A DNA stretch of 64,000 nucleotides. Origin: a phage. Positions 46,180 to 55,997 of the stretch are shown here, piece after piece. Positions within the stretch are counted from its first letter, which is position 1; every line of letters starts with the position of its first letter. The stretch lies in the sequence record NC_103192.1; one strand, given 5' to 3'. A program made the translations under genes and the position numbers. The notes under the pieces are model-generated. The model ran no database searches and had not been told where the DNA came from. It was given only the letters and a program-made list of their open reading frames with translations.

Positions 46180-46530
46180 TTACTGCAACAGTTTTTCAAT
46201 AGCCGCTTCCATGCTGCTTGCAACAGCCTGAACTCGGATATTCATCTCTTCTTGGTGGATCAGCTCCTTAAGCTCTTTAATGGTAAATTCTTTAGAGAAA
46301 CCCTCCACCATAATCTTGTGCAAGGCTTCTTGCGTGTCTACTTGCAAGAACTTTTCCAGTTTGTTGGCAGAGGCTTCTAAATCAGCCCGAATACGAGGGT
46401 CATCTGTGCGATTAAGCATTAGGCGTAAGCCATCAAGATTAGTAGAAATAGCGTCTGCATGTTGAGTAACTAACCGTGGCAAAATGAGATCTACAAACTT
46501 ATTAGCTAAATCGATACGTTCTTGTGTCAC
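46180..46530 (-). CDS. hypothetical protein
   Basis: GTG start overlapping upstream stop, GAGGGGG upstream. Confidence 0.5.
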   Translation of the reverse strand: MTQERIDLANKFVDLILPRLVTQHADAISTNLDGLRLMLNRTDDPRIRADLEASANKLEKFLQVDTQEALHKIMVEGFSKEFTIKELKELIHQEEMNIRVQAVASSMEAAIEKLLQ

Positions 46531-46640
46531 TGTTGCACCCCCTCTTCATCCTCATGATGTTTCTTTTCACGCTTGTGTTTTTTCTTAAGCTCAAGCGCAA
46601 TCTCTTTTTTGTACGCCTTCTTCAAGGCCTTTTTAGCCAT
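46527..46640 (-). CDS. small basic protein (37 aa), not in ORF track
   Basis: AGGAGG 7 nt upstream of ATG; MAKKALKKAYKKEIALELKKKHKREKKHHEDEEGVQQ. Confidence 0.35.
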   Translation of the reverse strand: MAKKALKKAYKKEIALELKKKHKREKKHHEDEEGVQQ

Positions 46641-46669
46641 TTGGCACCTCCTCTGCTTTCATTACGCTA

Positions 46670-46699
46670 ATTATAACCAACTTAACAAGACTTTGTCAA
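46670..46699 (-). promoter_or_regulatory. sigma70-like promoter on minus strand (TTGACA-18-TATAAT)
   Basis: Read on minus strand: ttgacaaagtcttgttaagttggttataat. Confidence 0.45.
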
Positions 46700-46702
46700 C
46701 AA

Positions 46703-47194
46703 TTAGTCAACCTGAACCCAACCGCCTGCTACCTTTTTAAACATTCTTTGGTTATCACTGCCTCGGAATGGTTTCTTGGTTGGTAAATCTTTTACATACT
46801 TTCCATCAATGACGATATCAGCCAGTTTAAGAACATCACTAGAGATATGCTCAAATGTGAACCCAGTATACACAAGAATAGTTTTCTTGTCACCAAACTT
46901 TTCCTTAATTCTCCTCATAAGGTTGATAATATCTGGCTCATTATAAGTAGCCAAAGGCTCTCCACCAAGTAAAGAAATACCGCATACAGATTCATTGTCT
47001 AAATCCAACAAAATTTTCTGCAAATCTTCTTCGGTGAACTCTCTTCCTTTATCTTTTGACCAAAATGCTTGATTAAAGCAACCAGGACAAGCGTGTGGGC
47101 ACCCAGATACCCACAAAGCTGTCCTAATACCTGGCCCCTCGGTGTAAGATATCTCTGTATACCCGACAATATTCATACATACTCCGCATCGCAT
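46703..47194 (-). CDS. nrdG: anaerobic ribonucleotide reductase activating protein (radical SAM)
   Basis: Cys cluster CPHACPGC near N-terminus; 163 aa. Confidence 0.8.
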   Translation of the reverse strand: MRCGVCMNIVGYTEISYTEGPGIRTALWVSGCPHACPGCFNQAFWSKDKGREFTEEDLQKILLDLDNESVCGISLLGGEPLATYNEPDIINLMRRIKEKFGDKKTILVYTGFTFEHISSDVLKLADIVIDGKYVKDLPTKKPFRGSDNQRMFKKVAGGWVQVD

Positions 47195-47289
47195 TTAGGA
47201 CAATGCCAAATAAAATCGTCCAGTGCCTTACACCAACGAAGATTGCAATGACAACCACACTTGCAGATTTTATAGATACCCGATGACAT
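47174..47289 (-). CDS. possible small Cys-rich zinc-ribbon peptide (38 aa), not in ORF track
   Basis: AAGGAGG upstream of ATG; CKCGCHC...HCPKC; overlaps nrdG start. Confidence 0.3.
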
Positions 47290-47341
47290 ACTGCACCTCC
47301 TTAGTTAATAGCATATTTAAAATATGCATATCTTTCTACGA

Positions 47342-48277
47342 TCATTTACCGCAGATCTCTTTATACGCTGCTTCCACTATGCTGAACACCTCAGGCCTGT
47401 AGTAGAAGAATTCGGTGCTACCATTAAATTTTACAGGAAAGTTTATTTTACACTTGTTGAAAATCTCGTGCACAGATTTTTCTACACTTAGCATGTTTTT
47501 AGTCGATCCGCTCCATGTTTTCAATATATGTAAATCATGTAGACCCGCGCCAGATGTATGTGCGCTTTTTAATATCTCATCCTTTCTATTATCAACACGG
47601 ACGCTCACACCTATCTTCATGAGTGTAGGCAATTCTAGATCATCAACCATGATGTAAAGTTTACCACAATCGTGGGATAAAAATCCACTTTTGGTGCATT
47701 TAGGACATCCTCTCCCTCCTAAATGCTTGGTAGGGGATTGACAGAAATCTCCATGGTCTGTGCAAACAATTGTAACCTTGATGTGTGAATTCACATACCT
47801 AACTTTAGAGTAATCATACTTGTTCCCGTGGACAGCCACAGCGTCCTGGATAAACTCTTCAGTGGTCTTTTTCATAGATCCGCCACATCCTGGACAGCCG
47901 TGACCACGCTTAAGGCTACCAGGAGTAGCTGACCATTCGTGGTTGCAAACTTTGCAACGACATAATACTTTATTACACCCTGTAGTGATCTCTTCTAATA
48001 TTTCAATATAAGTATTTTTCTTCCCTATGTCCTCAACCCACTTTTCATGAGGTTTGGTTTTACTTTGTGCTATTTTTAGCTTCCTGCATTCAGGACACCC
48101 GCATTTTTGATTTAGATGTATATCAGGTGTTTGGGCAAAGTGGGTGCCGCAGTGCTTACATATTATCTCCACTTTATCTTTACAGGTTTTATAGTCCACA
48201 AGAGAGTAGTCGTATTTATCACCATGTTTCTCTCTAGCCCTCCCTATAAATTCCTCCGTTGTCAGTCGTCTGGTCAC
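47342..48277 (-). CDS. putative free-standing homing endonuclease (repeated Zn-finger modules + GIY-YIG/T5orf172-like C-terminal domain)
   Basis: Two copies of module TEEFI..A...HG.KYDYS.V.Y...C..HG.F...P..HL.G.GCP.C; located between nrdG and nrdD; GTG start with AAGAGGA RBS. Confidence 0.5.
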   Translation of the reverse strand: MTRRLTTEEFIGRAREKHGDKYDYSLVDYKTCKDKVEIICKHCGTHFAQTPDIHLNQKCGCPECRKLKIAQSKTKPHEKWVEDIGKKNTYIEILEEITTGCNKVLCRCKVCNHEWSATPGSLKRGHGCPGCGGSMKKTTEEFIQDAVAVHGNKYDYSKVRYVNSHIKVTIVCTDHGDFCQSPTKHLGGRGCPKCTKSGFLSHDCGKLYIMVDDLELPTLMKIGVSVRVDNRKDEILKSAHTSGAGLHDLHILKTWSGSTKNMLSVEKSVHEIFNKCKINFPVKFNGSTEFFYYRPEVFSIVEAAYKEICGK

Positions 48278-48344
48278 CGCTAAATCCTCTTGGTTGCTAA
48301 TCTATGTACTAAGTGTGCCACATCCTTGTGGCTTTTGTCAAGTA

Positions 48345-49307
48345 TCAGCAACTACAACTTCCATAGTGCTTCACTCGCTCGATAACTTCCGCTTGCTTAC
48401 CTGTGTTATACGGCCTACTGTTCGGGCTGGAGAGATAGCCAGACACTCTTCGGATCACTGAGATATATTGTTCATCGTGGCATCCGCACGCAGGGCAGCA
48501 GAACCCTTTAGCTGTTGCACTGAACTCACCAGAGAAACCACACTTGAGACATTTATCCACAGGTTGGTTAATACCAAAATACATAATATGTTTATACCCG
48601 AAGTCAACAAGAGCCTCTAAAGCATCTAAGTTGTTTTTCAGATTTGGTGTCTCTATGTACCCAATGTTGCCACCAGAGGAGATCATAGCAAAACCTTCCT
48701 CATACTTCCACTTATCAAAAGGTGAGCTATTGATCCATACTGGCTGGTGGAAACTGTTGGTGAGGTATTCATGCTCGTGCTTCAACACTTCAGGATATTC
48801 ACGATCCAGGCAGGTTGCAGCCTTATAGCATAAACTCTCAGAAGGGGTGCCGTACAAGCTAAATGCTAGTCCACTTTCCTTCTTATATCGCTCACAAGCA
48901 TCCTTCATGTGCTGAAGGATTCCAAGAGCTAAAGCCTTGTCACCCTCTCTGCCCAAAATCTGACAGGTTTCATACACACCAATATACCCAATACTGATGG
49001 AAGCGTACCCGTCATAGAAGAGTTTATCGATACTCTCTTCAGGATCCAGGCGAGCAAGAGCTCCTTCACACCACATGATAGGATTCTGCCCGGCCTTGGT
49101 GCCTTTCAGACGGTTAACCCTTACAAGGTGAGATTCATATGCCAAATCCAGATACTCGTCAAGAACGGCAAAGAAATCAACACCTTCCGTCTTAGCTTTT
49201 GCCGCAATCATTGGTAGGTTAAGGCTAACAACACCCAAGTTGAATCTGCCAAGGTATTTCTCCTCGCCTGTTACAGGGTCGCTATATTTCGATAAGAAAC
49301 TTCTACA
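48345..49307 (-). CDS. nrdD: anaerobic ribonucleoside-triphosphate reductase, exon 3
   Basis: Glycyl-radical motif RRVSGYL and C-terminal Zn ribbon CLKCG...CPACG; junction inferred ...SMG|CRSF..., intron ends on G at 49308. Confidence 0.75.
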   Translation of the reverse strand, partial: CRSFLSKYSDPVTGEEKYLGRFNLGVVSLNLPMIAAKAKTEGVDFFAVLDEYLDLAYESHLVRVNRLKGTKAGQNPIMWCEGALARLDPEESIDKLFYDGYASISIGYIGVYETCQILGREGDKALALGILQHMKDACERYKKESGLAFSLYGTPSESLCYKAATCLDREYPEVLKHEHEYLTNSFHQPVWINSSPFDKWKYEEGFAMISSGGNIGYIETPNLKNNLDALEALVDFGYKHIMYFGINQPVDKCLKCGFSGEFSATAKGFCCPACGCHDEQYISVIRRVSGYLSSPNSRPYNTGKQAEVIERVKHYGSCSC

Positions 49308-50069
49308 CATTATGTTCAAGGTGGTTCGCAAGGCCACCCCCGCACCTTTACGTGCTGCTGCATGTCCCCATGCAGATCAGACTATATCTTCACACTTAGT
49401 GTGTCTACCATTTCGAGTGTCATCAGCTTACACCCTACACCGCTACATTCATCACGGTTAGTCGTTAGGCATTTCGTAACAGAACTCGTAATCATAGTTA
49501 TTAGGTGCACCACGTTTCAGGATAGCAGATATTCTTTTTCTATCTATTCCTAAAACATCAGCACAACATCTCAGACTCTTAAAGTGAATAACCACACCAG
49601 TTAATTTGTGGGTGGCTTTCACCCCGTGACATCTTGTGTAAAAAGCATAACAGTTGTTGTCGTATCCTTCTTGAGTATTGTCTGGGCAAGCTCCCCACTC
49701 AAGGTTGTATACGCTGTTATCTTTCCTGTTGTCACCTTTGTGCTTAACATATGGTAAATTGTCTGGATTTGGTAAAAACGCTTCAGCAACAAGTCTGTGA
49801 ACCCTTAGGCAAACAGTCTTTTTGTTCTTGCGTATCCTGACAAGACGGTAACCTGTGTTTATCTCTTCCCACGAATGAATAATTCTTTCATTTTCGTATC
49901 GGGTGCAATAAACATTGCCCATCTCGTCAATTTCATAACCTTCAAAATCACGAATTTGTTTTCTCATTTCAGGACTCCTCTTAGTCAGGAGTTCTGTTAC
50001 GTTTAGCACGGGATTGTCCGTTCTGGAGTTTCCCCGTTTAGATAGATTTTACATGAGCAGTTATAGTTT
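49308..50069 (-). ncRNA. group I intron 2 of nrdD, with HNH ORF between Q-like and R-like elements
   Basis: Exon 2 ends on U (..atg ggt); P-like aaacggggaaac and Q-like caatcccgtgc in 5' part; R-like aacgactaacc and S gaagatatagtc in 3' part; last nt G. Confidence 0.6.
49458..49967 (-). CDS. intron-encoded HNH homing endonuclease
   Basis: VHRLVAEAFLPNP...VKHKGDNRKDNSVYNLEW HNH motif; ATG after AAGAGGAG. Confidence 0.75.
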   Translation of the reverse strand: MRKQIRDFEGYEIDEMGNVYCTRYENERIIHSWEEINTGYRLVRIRKNKKTVCLRVHRLVAEAFLPNPDNLPYVKHKGDNRKDNSVYNLEWGACPDNTQEGYDNNCYAFYTRCHGVKATHKLTGVVIHFKSLRCCADVLGIDRKRISAILKRGAPNNYDYEFCYEMPND

Positions 50070-50378
50070 ACCCATGCTTGTTACTTTGCCGTCTGTTGAA
50101 CCTGTCACTTTTCTATTTAGCGGTACAGATACGAAGTCGGGATAAATCCGCTCTGCAGAGCATTCCAGAGCCAACCGTTTCAAATCATAGTTAGGATCCC
50201 CAGGATTCATGTTGACACCCTCTTCTAGGAAGAACAGCACTTTAGGGAACACAGGTGTGATACGTTCTTCACCAAGACCCATTTTGTGGACTTTCAAGTA
50301 ATTTTTGGTAATCATTCTACCAAAGACCGAGGTATCCAGTCCTAAACTTAATGTGATGAATGGAGTCTGCTGTCTCCT
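50070..50378 (-). CDS. nrdD: anaerobic ribonucleoside-triphosphate reductase, exon 2 (5' boundary approximate)
   Basis: In-frame region with no start codon; ...SLGLDTSVFGRMITKNYL..GLGEERITPVFP...EEGVNMNPGDPNYDL matches what I recall of NrdD internal conserved region. Confidence 0.55.
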
Positions 50379-51175
50379 CCCTGTGTTTCCACAGGGCCAG
50401 ACTATCTCTTACTCTACTTCAATAAGATAATAACCCTTTATTGTGAGATGCTTACCTTCGGCATTTCCTTCGATAGCCCTATGAACGTTACCTACGTTCA
50501 AATTTAAGGCTTTTGCACAGGCATAGAGTGAAGGATATTCACCAACCAAGGTTTTCCCTTTGTATGCCTGCACTTTCCTATAGCACTTACCTGGACAAAG
50601 TCCTGTTCGGAAAGCATGTCTCTTATTATCTTCCGGCAAAACCCACTCTAGGTTAGACGGATGATCATTCAATGTATTGCCATCTTTATGATTCACTTCC
50701 CAGTTTTCAGGGTCTTCTGGGACATCTGGCAAACAATACAAGGCAACAACCCTTGAGGTTTGGATTCGAATCTTTTTACCTTTGTGGTTGAAAGAGTACA
50801 TATAACGGCGTTTAACATGCTTGTTACCTTTTCCATAACCTCCCCACAATATTGGGTGTAGCATTCCACGTTTTCCGTATACGTTTCCAACCTCATCAAT
50901 CACATAGTTTGACTCTTCACCATTAAGAATGATCTTTTTCATAGAGCCTCTCCATTTCGAAGTTAGTATTTCAACTAACCCCTACACTACTTGGTTCAGA
51001 AATGTTTGTCAAGCATCTCTGCCTTTCGTTAGTCGTTACAACCGTTCCAACTCCTGTAAGAACTAGTCACGGGATTGGCGTAGCTTTCGCCTTAGCGTTC
51101 CCCGTTAGCCGGATTTACCGACCCCTCTTATGAGGTTAGGAGAGTTTTACAACGGCCAGTTTGTTAACCGTTGAC
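50379..51175 (-). ncRNA. group I intron 1 of nrdD (core in 5' 220 nt, HNH ORF in 3' extension); boundaries +/- about 15 nt
   Basis: P-like ggctaacggggaacgc, Q-like caatcccgtgac, R-like gtaacgactaacgaaagg, S-like ggttagttg upstream of ORF; architecture as I recall for T4 nrdD (sunY) intron. Confidence 0.55.
50409..50942 (-). CDS. intron-encoded HNH homing endonuclease
   Basis: VNHKDGNTLNDHPSNLEWV HNH motif; RBS GGAGAGG. Confidence 0.75.
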   Translation of the reverse strand: MKKIILNGEESNYVIDEVGNVYGKRGMLHPILWGGYGKGNKHVKRRYMYSFNHKGKKIRIQTSRVVALYCLPDVPEDPENWEVNHKDGNTLNDHPSNLEWVLPEDNKRHAFRTGLCPGKCYRKVQAYKGKTLVGEYPSLYACAKALNLNVGNVHRAIEGNAEGKHLTIKGYYLIEVE

Positions 51176-52027
51176 AGAAGTTAACGTATTGATTTGATAG
51201 AGCAAAGTCTGCATGCTGTCAAATACGTCTTTATCTGTCATTTGCATTGCAACAGTCTCAGCATCTGGCAACCAATGTTCCTGGCAAAATTTAAGGTTCT
51301 TCTCATAGGTCGCTTCAGCATACTGTGCCAGATAATGATCAATATGACTCATGGTCTGACCGCCATATTGAGCACTAGCTACTGCACTAGAGATTTGGCT
51401 AAGGATTGTTGTTGCAACCCCTATTGACTTCGGCTTACTGACATGGGCGTTACCAATGTTGAATCCGTTTTCCAACATATCTGGATAATTTACCAAACAA
51501 CAGTTTGTTAACGGACTGATCAAATAGTCAAGATCATGCACATGGATGAAGCCTTTGTTGTGCTCTTCGGAGACACGGTCTGGCAGGATCTGTGTTGATG
51601 CAAGGTGTTTGCTAAGGATGCCTGCAAGCAGGTCACGATGAGTATGCACATGATTAGTAGGCTTATTTGCGTTTTCTTTTGTAAATTCATCACAAGTACG
51701 ATCCAAGAAGCCACTAATATCGGCAAGCAGTTTTCCACCTGCCTCTCTGTTATTATCTCTTGTCTGTCTATACTGGATGTATTCTCTGGCTGCACATTTT
51801 AAACCCATATCCATAAGAGCATCTTCAACAAGGATATGGATATTTTTTACAGAGATCGTGCACTGGTCAGTTGGCAGATTGTTGGCAACAACTTCATTAA
51901 CCGCACAGGCAATCCGGTAAGCTTCTTCTTCAGTATGTCCAGACTCAAGTAAGGCGGACTCTGCCGCCTTGATCACCTTAATTCCGTTATAGACCTCTTC
52001 TCTACCGTCCCGTTTTACAACTTTCAC
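51176..52027 (-). CDS. nrdD: anaerobic ribonucleoside-triphosphate reductase, exon 1 (3' boundary approximate)
   Basis: ATP-cone VVKRDGREE and IHVHDLD region; ORF stop at 51164 lies in intron; GTG start after GGAGAG. Confidence 0.75.
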
Positions 52028-52302
52028 TTTTTCTCTCCAAAACCATTCTTAACAAAAGAGATGAAATCATCGGCACCGCCTATATGGGCACTTTCAAGAT
52101 TACTTTCTAAGAAGATCTGCGGCAACGTTCTGGGTACGATTGGACTGCACTTCTCAATAAGCTCTTCTTTTGTGTAACCCTCGCCAAGTGTCTTATATAC
52201 AAAAGGCAGACCTTTACTGACTGCAAATTCTTTTGCTCTTACACAATGTGGGCAGTTATCTTTACCGTAAATAATAAAGAAAAAAGATTTTTCACAACTC
52301 AT
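52024..52302 (-). CDS. glutaredoxin-like protein
   Basis: CPHC active-site motif near N-terminus, 92 aa; adjacent to RNR genes. Confidence 0.7.
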   Translation of the reverse strand: MSCEKSFFFIIYGKDNCPHCVRAKEFAVSKGLPFVYKTLGEGYTKEELIEKCSPIVPRTLPQIFLESNLESAHIGGADDFISFVKNGFGEKK

Positions 52303-52305
52303 GTA

Positions 52306-53394
52306 TTAAAACTCCCAAATTTCTTCTTCAGCGTCGTTAACAGTTGTGTTGACTCGGTAGTCAGTGTTCGACATTTCTTGGTTCGCCGTCTGTTGCAATG
52401 AAGGTTTCATCCACACCTGCATAAACGGTAGCGGGTCCTTTGTTGGCGGCACAAAGTCTTTGTCGATGTTGTAGTAATCATAAATCGGTGAGCAGTTATA
52501 ATCAACCCATTCTTTAAGTAATGGTGAGTTAAGACCTATAATTGCTCTTCCTTCGCTGAAAATATAGTCACTCCAACCGTACTCCTTGGTCCGCACTTCA
52601 TCAAGAATTTCTTTTAACTCACTTTTAATCTCAAGAAAGCTTTGCTCCCATGCAGGATCATCAAGCAGGATATCGATGATAGCAAAATCACCTTTCGAAT
52701 GCAGCATTTCATCAAGCATAATTTTTTGAACAAGTTGTGCCACTTGAACAAAAATACCTTGCTCAGCTACTGCAAACGTACATGCAAAACTTGCAATAAA
52801 CTCAATGCTTTCTAGAGCTAAAAGTGCAAAAAGTGCTCTAAGGATACATTTCCGTACAACATCTTCTTCAACACTGGAAGGATCCAGTCGGTATTTTGCA
52901 CCAATAACCTCAAGCTCTTGCATATATTTGACAATAACTCCAGACCTGCTCAGCACGTTCTGGTTTTCCTGAATCTCTTCTATAATCTCACGAGCATTAG
53001 GAAGGCATTGTCTAACAATCTCTGAGTAAGTTAGTGCATGAAGAACCTCAATCTCAGACTGCTTCATCAACAAGGTGAAAAGCTCACTATTGGTGATAAA
53101 TGGTGAAAACAGACAAATGATAGATCTTGCTGCAACACTGTCTGCCTCCCATTGCCACATCAGTGTCTGCACCATTACATCGTAAGTTGACTTTGAGCAT
53201 GTTACGAAATCCGAAATAGACTGTGACAAATCTACTTCGTCCTCTGCCCAATCTTGTTCTTTTTGTTTTTTGTATAGTTCAAACAGCTGTGGGTACTTTT
53301 TGTTAATAGAGTCGTACATCCCCATCTGCTGTCCTAAAAACAGCGGATAATCACCAGTTTTATGAGCAGTGTTCTCAGTATTAAATACAGCCAT
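52306..53394 (-). CDS. nrdB: ribonucleoside-diphosphate reductase beta subunit (class Ia)
   Basis: 362 aa with di-iron ligand-like E/H spacing (EIEVLHALTYSE, ESIEFIASF); adjacent to nrdA. Confidence 0.85.
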   Translation of the reverse strand: MAVFNTENTAHKTGDYPLFLGQQMGMYDSINKKYPQLFELYKKQKEQDWAEDEVDLSQSISDFVTCSKSTYDVMVQTLMWQWEADSVAARSIICLFSPFITNSELFTLLMKQSEIEVLHALTYSEIVRQCLPNAREIIEEIQENQNVLSRSGVIVKYMQELEVIGAKYRLDPSSVEEDVVRKCILRALFALLALESIEFIASFACTFAVAEQGIFVQVAQLVQKIMLDEMLHSKGDFAIIDILLDDPAWEQSFLEIKSELKEILDEVRTKEYGWSDYIFSEGRAIIGLNSPLLKEWVDYNCSPIYDYYNIDKDFVPPTKDPLPFMQVWMKPSLQQTANQEMSNTDYRVNTTVNDAEEEIWEF

Positions 53395-53402
53395 TATTCT
53401 AC

Positions 53403-53425
53403 CTCTAAAATGGGGCCGAAGCCCC
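53403..53425 (-). terminator. hairpin between nrdA and nrdB (ggggc-ttcg-gcccc + AUUUUA)
   Basis: GC stem with UUCG loop on minus strand; may be partial terminator or processing site. Confidence 0.45.
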
Positions 53426-53433
53426 TTTTTAAA

Positions 53434-55749
53434 TTACAGTGCACAACTTTCGCAATATGGATCTTCAACTGAACTATCTGCAATCAAAGGATAGTTCTTT
53501 CTGGTTTCATCTTCAGCCTGTTTCTTCGCGTGAAGCTCCTCTGTCAAAGAGTCACCAGCACCAACCCGAGAGTTTAAGTAATACCATGTCTTCATCCCGA
53601 ATTTAGTAGCACGGATAAGATACCCAAGCTGCTCCTTCATTGAAATTTTACCATCTTTCAACTTGGTGTAATCAATATATAGGTCAGCACTGATTGCCTG
53701 TCCTGTGAATTTTTGAATCACAGCATACATATCAATCATGTCGTTAGTATCAACGTCCCAAGCCGAGGTATAATACTCTTTCAGTTCATCATATTCAGGA
53801 ACGATAAACAGCACCTGCCCTTGTGGTGACTTTTTAAAGATAATGTGTTCACGGACAGGATAAACCCCGTTAGTGGTGTTTGTTGCCAACGAAGAGCTTT
53901 CATTAGGCATGTATGCTTCAAGAACGCTATTACGTAGTCCACCGTTTTCAATAATTTCTTTACGTAACCCTTCCCAATCCTGCTTAAGAGAAGGATCTTT
54001 CACCACACTATCGACCTCTTTGTTATAAGTGTCGATTGGTAACCAACCATCTGGGTATTTTGTTTTATGCATCCACTCGCAGACACCACGCTCTTTTGCC
54101 AATCGTAAACTTGCCTTATGCAAGCTGTAGCTGTGGAGCTCTGCAAGATCGTGAACAAGCTGTTTACTTTCAGGAGATCCGTAAGCAACCTTGTGGCTGG
54201 CAATAAAATGTGCAACATTGGTAAGGCCAACCCCGATGGATCTGCGTTTTTTAACAGTGCTCTCCATATTTTCATACGGATATGTCATGATTTCCATAAC
54301 ATTGTCAATCATAAGCACAGTGTAGTATGCAACATCCTCATACTCCTCTGGGGTAACCCTTCCCGCTACAAGAGATGACAGGAAGCACAATGCAACTTCG
54401 CCATCATCAACATCGTACTTGAAGATATTACGCATATCTGAATAGCCTTTTGTCGGGAGGGCTATTTCTGCACACAGGTTACTTGAATAGATTACATCTT
54501 TAAAAGGTGTATGTCTATTCATCTCATCTGTCCAGTACACATACAGTCTGCCTACCTCGGTACGCTGCGTGATCAGTTCAACAGCAAGGTCTCTAGCACG
54601 GATCCATGTTTTAGGAATGCTGTCATCTTTAGCGATACGATCAACCTCTGCATCAAACTCCTCCATAGACATGGTGAAGATACCCTCGTGCAGTTGAGGT
54701 GCGTGCTTATAAGAAACAAGCATCCAATCTAAATTCTTAGCCACACGGTTGATAAATGATCTATTAATACCTATAGAGTAGTCCATGGTGTTGATTCTTT
54801 TTGAAGCAACAGTCATAGGGTTTCTCAAACGGATTAGCTCATCAATCTGCGGGTCTAGTGCAAGGAATGATACCGTTGCCGAACCTCCGCGTGATTGTTG
54901 TCTATTCTCCTTAACCCCGGCATCAATGCCTCGATAATATGGAATCTTACCCATGTGTTTAATAGTGTTACCACGAACACCATCGCCTGCAGATCTTGAG
55001 GATAAGTAGTAGCCGATACCTGCCTGGTTAACCGTCATTGTGTACGCAACTTCACGTGCCACACCAATGGATTTTGCTGTATCGTCAGCTTTTATTACAC
55101 AACAAGATGCATACCCTGTCTTACCTGTGCGCAGCCCGTTTAAGTACGGTGTCGGGGCATTGATCTTTAAGTCGGACAGATAAGTGTATAATTTTACAAC
55201 ATCGTTGATACGACGTTCTTTCGGCATATTCTTCATGACAGCCATTGCTATCCCCATAAACATCATCTGGGGAGATTCAAACAAGGTGTCTTTAAGAGTA
55301 TCCTTGATCCCGTATTTGTCGCGAAACTGTTTAAGGACTGCATAGCCATAACCGAGATCTTTACTGTGGTCAATAACAGCGTCTAAAGTGTTTAGCTCGG
55401 TAAAGCTATAACCCATATCCTCCCAATAACCTTTCTCAACCATGTCATTGTAAAATGATGGTAAGGAAGGGATCTTTGTAAACCCTCCAAAAGCCTCTTT
55501 ATAGATCTGACCAATAAGAACACGACCAGCCATACGGGAATGTGCTTCGTCTTTACGGCTAACACAAGAGTCTATAATAGCTTGGTTAACTTCTTTGGTT
55601 GTACATCCATCATACAACCGCTTGTAGGCATCCAGTGCAATATGTGACCAATTGCCGTTACCATCGTCACCGAAAATAGCTGCCTTATTTAAACGTTCTG
55701 GATCGAATGCCACTTCACATCCGTTGCTTTTAATTACCTTGGTGATCAA
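53434..55749 (-). CDS. nrdA: ribonucleoside-diphosphate reductase alpha subunit (class Ia)
   Basis: 771 aa; N-terminal ATP-cone; active-site region NLCAEIALPT. Confidence 0.9.
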   Translation of the reverse strand: MITKVIKSNGCEVAFDPERLNKAAIFGDDGNGNWSHIALDAYKRLYDGCTTKEVNQAIIDSCVSRKDEAHSRMAGRVLIGQIYKEAFGGFTKIPSLPSFYNDMVEKGYWEDMGYSFTELNTLDAVIDHSKDLGYGYAVLKQFRDKYGIKDTLKDTLFESPQMMFMGIAMAVMKNMPKERRINDVVKLYTYLSDLKINAPTPYLNGLRTGKTGYASCCVIKADDTAKSIGVAREVAYTMTVNQAGIGYYLSSRSAGDGVRGNTIKHMGKIPYYRGIDAGVKENRQQSRGGSATVSFLALDPQIDELIRLRNPMTVASKRINTMDYSIGINRSFINRVAKNLDWMLVSYKHAPQLHEGIFTMSMEEFDAEVDRIAKDDSIPKTWIRARDLAVELITQRTEVGRLYVYWTDEMNRHTPFKDVIYSSNLCAEIALPTKGYSDMRNIFKYDVDDGEVALCFLSSLVAGRVTPEEYEDVAYYTVLMIDNVMEIMTYPYENMESTVKKRRSIGVGLTNVAHFIASHKVAYGSPESKQLVHDLAELHSYSLHKASLRLAKERGVCEWMHKTKYPDGWLPIDTYNKEVDSVVKDPSLKQDWEGLRKEIIENGGLRNSVLEAYMPNESSSLATNTTNGVYPVREHIIFKKSPQGQVLFIVPEYDELKEYYTSAWDVDTNDMIDMYAVIQKFTGQAISADLYIDYTKLKDGKISMKEQLGYLIRATKFGMKTWYYLNSRVGAGDSLTEELHAKKQAEDETRKNYPLIADSSVEDPYCESCAL

Positions 55750-55997
55750 TTTGCTTCCTCCACTTCACTAACGTATTTATCAAGGCAGGTATCAGTATCT
55801 TGCTGGATAAAAGTATCCTCTTCTACAGAGATATTTATAATTTTACCTGTATACTCGTCATAATAAACATCATCATACATTTTAATATCGTTTGTCAGGC
55901 CGTTGAACCAAAGCCAACCAACATATTCTGCCCGACTTGCAAAACCAAGATCCTTCCACTTGGAGTTATGGCTCATCTTCACCACCTTAGCTTTCAA
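55746..55997 (-). CDS. hypothetical protein
   Basis: 83-aa ORF coupled to nrdA. Confidence 0.5.
   Translation of the reverse strand: MKAKVVKMSHNSKWKDLGFASRAEYVGWLWFNGLTNDIKMYDDVYYDEYTGKIINISVEEDTFIQQDTDTCLDKYVSEVEEAN

Noticed and set aside
50409-50942. Whether the HNH ORF in nrdD intron 1 is an intein, since it is in frame with downstream exon 2.
   Set aside because: It is out of frame with exon 1, has its own RBS and ATG, is separated from exon 2 by a stop codon, and lacks intein N- and C-terminal blocks.
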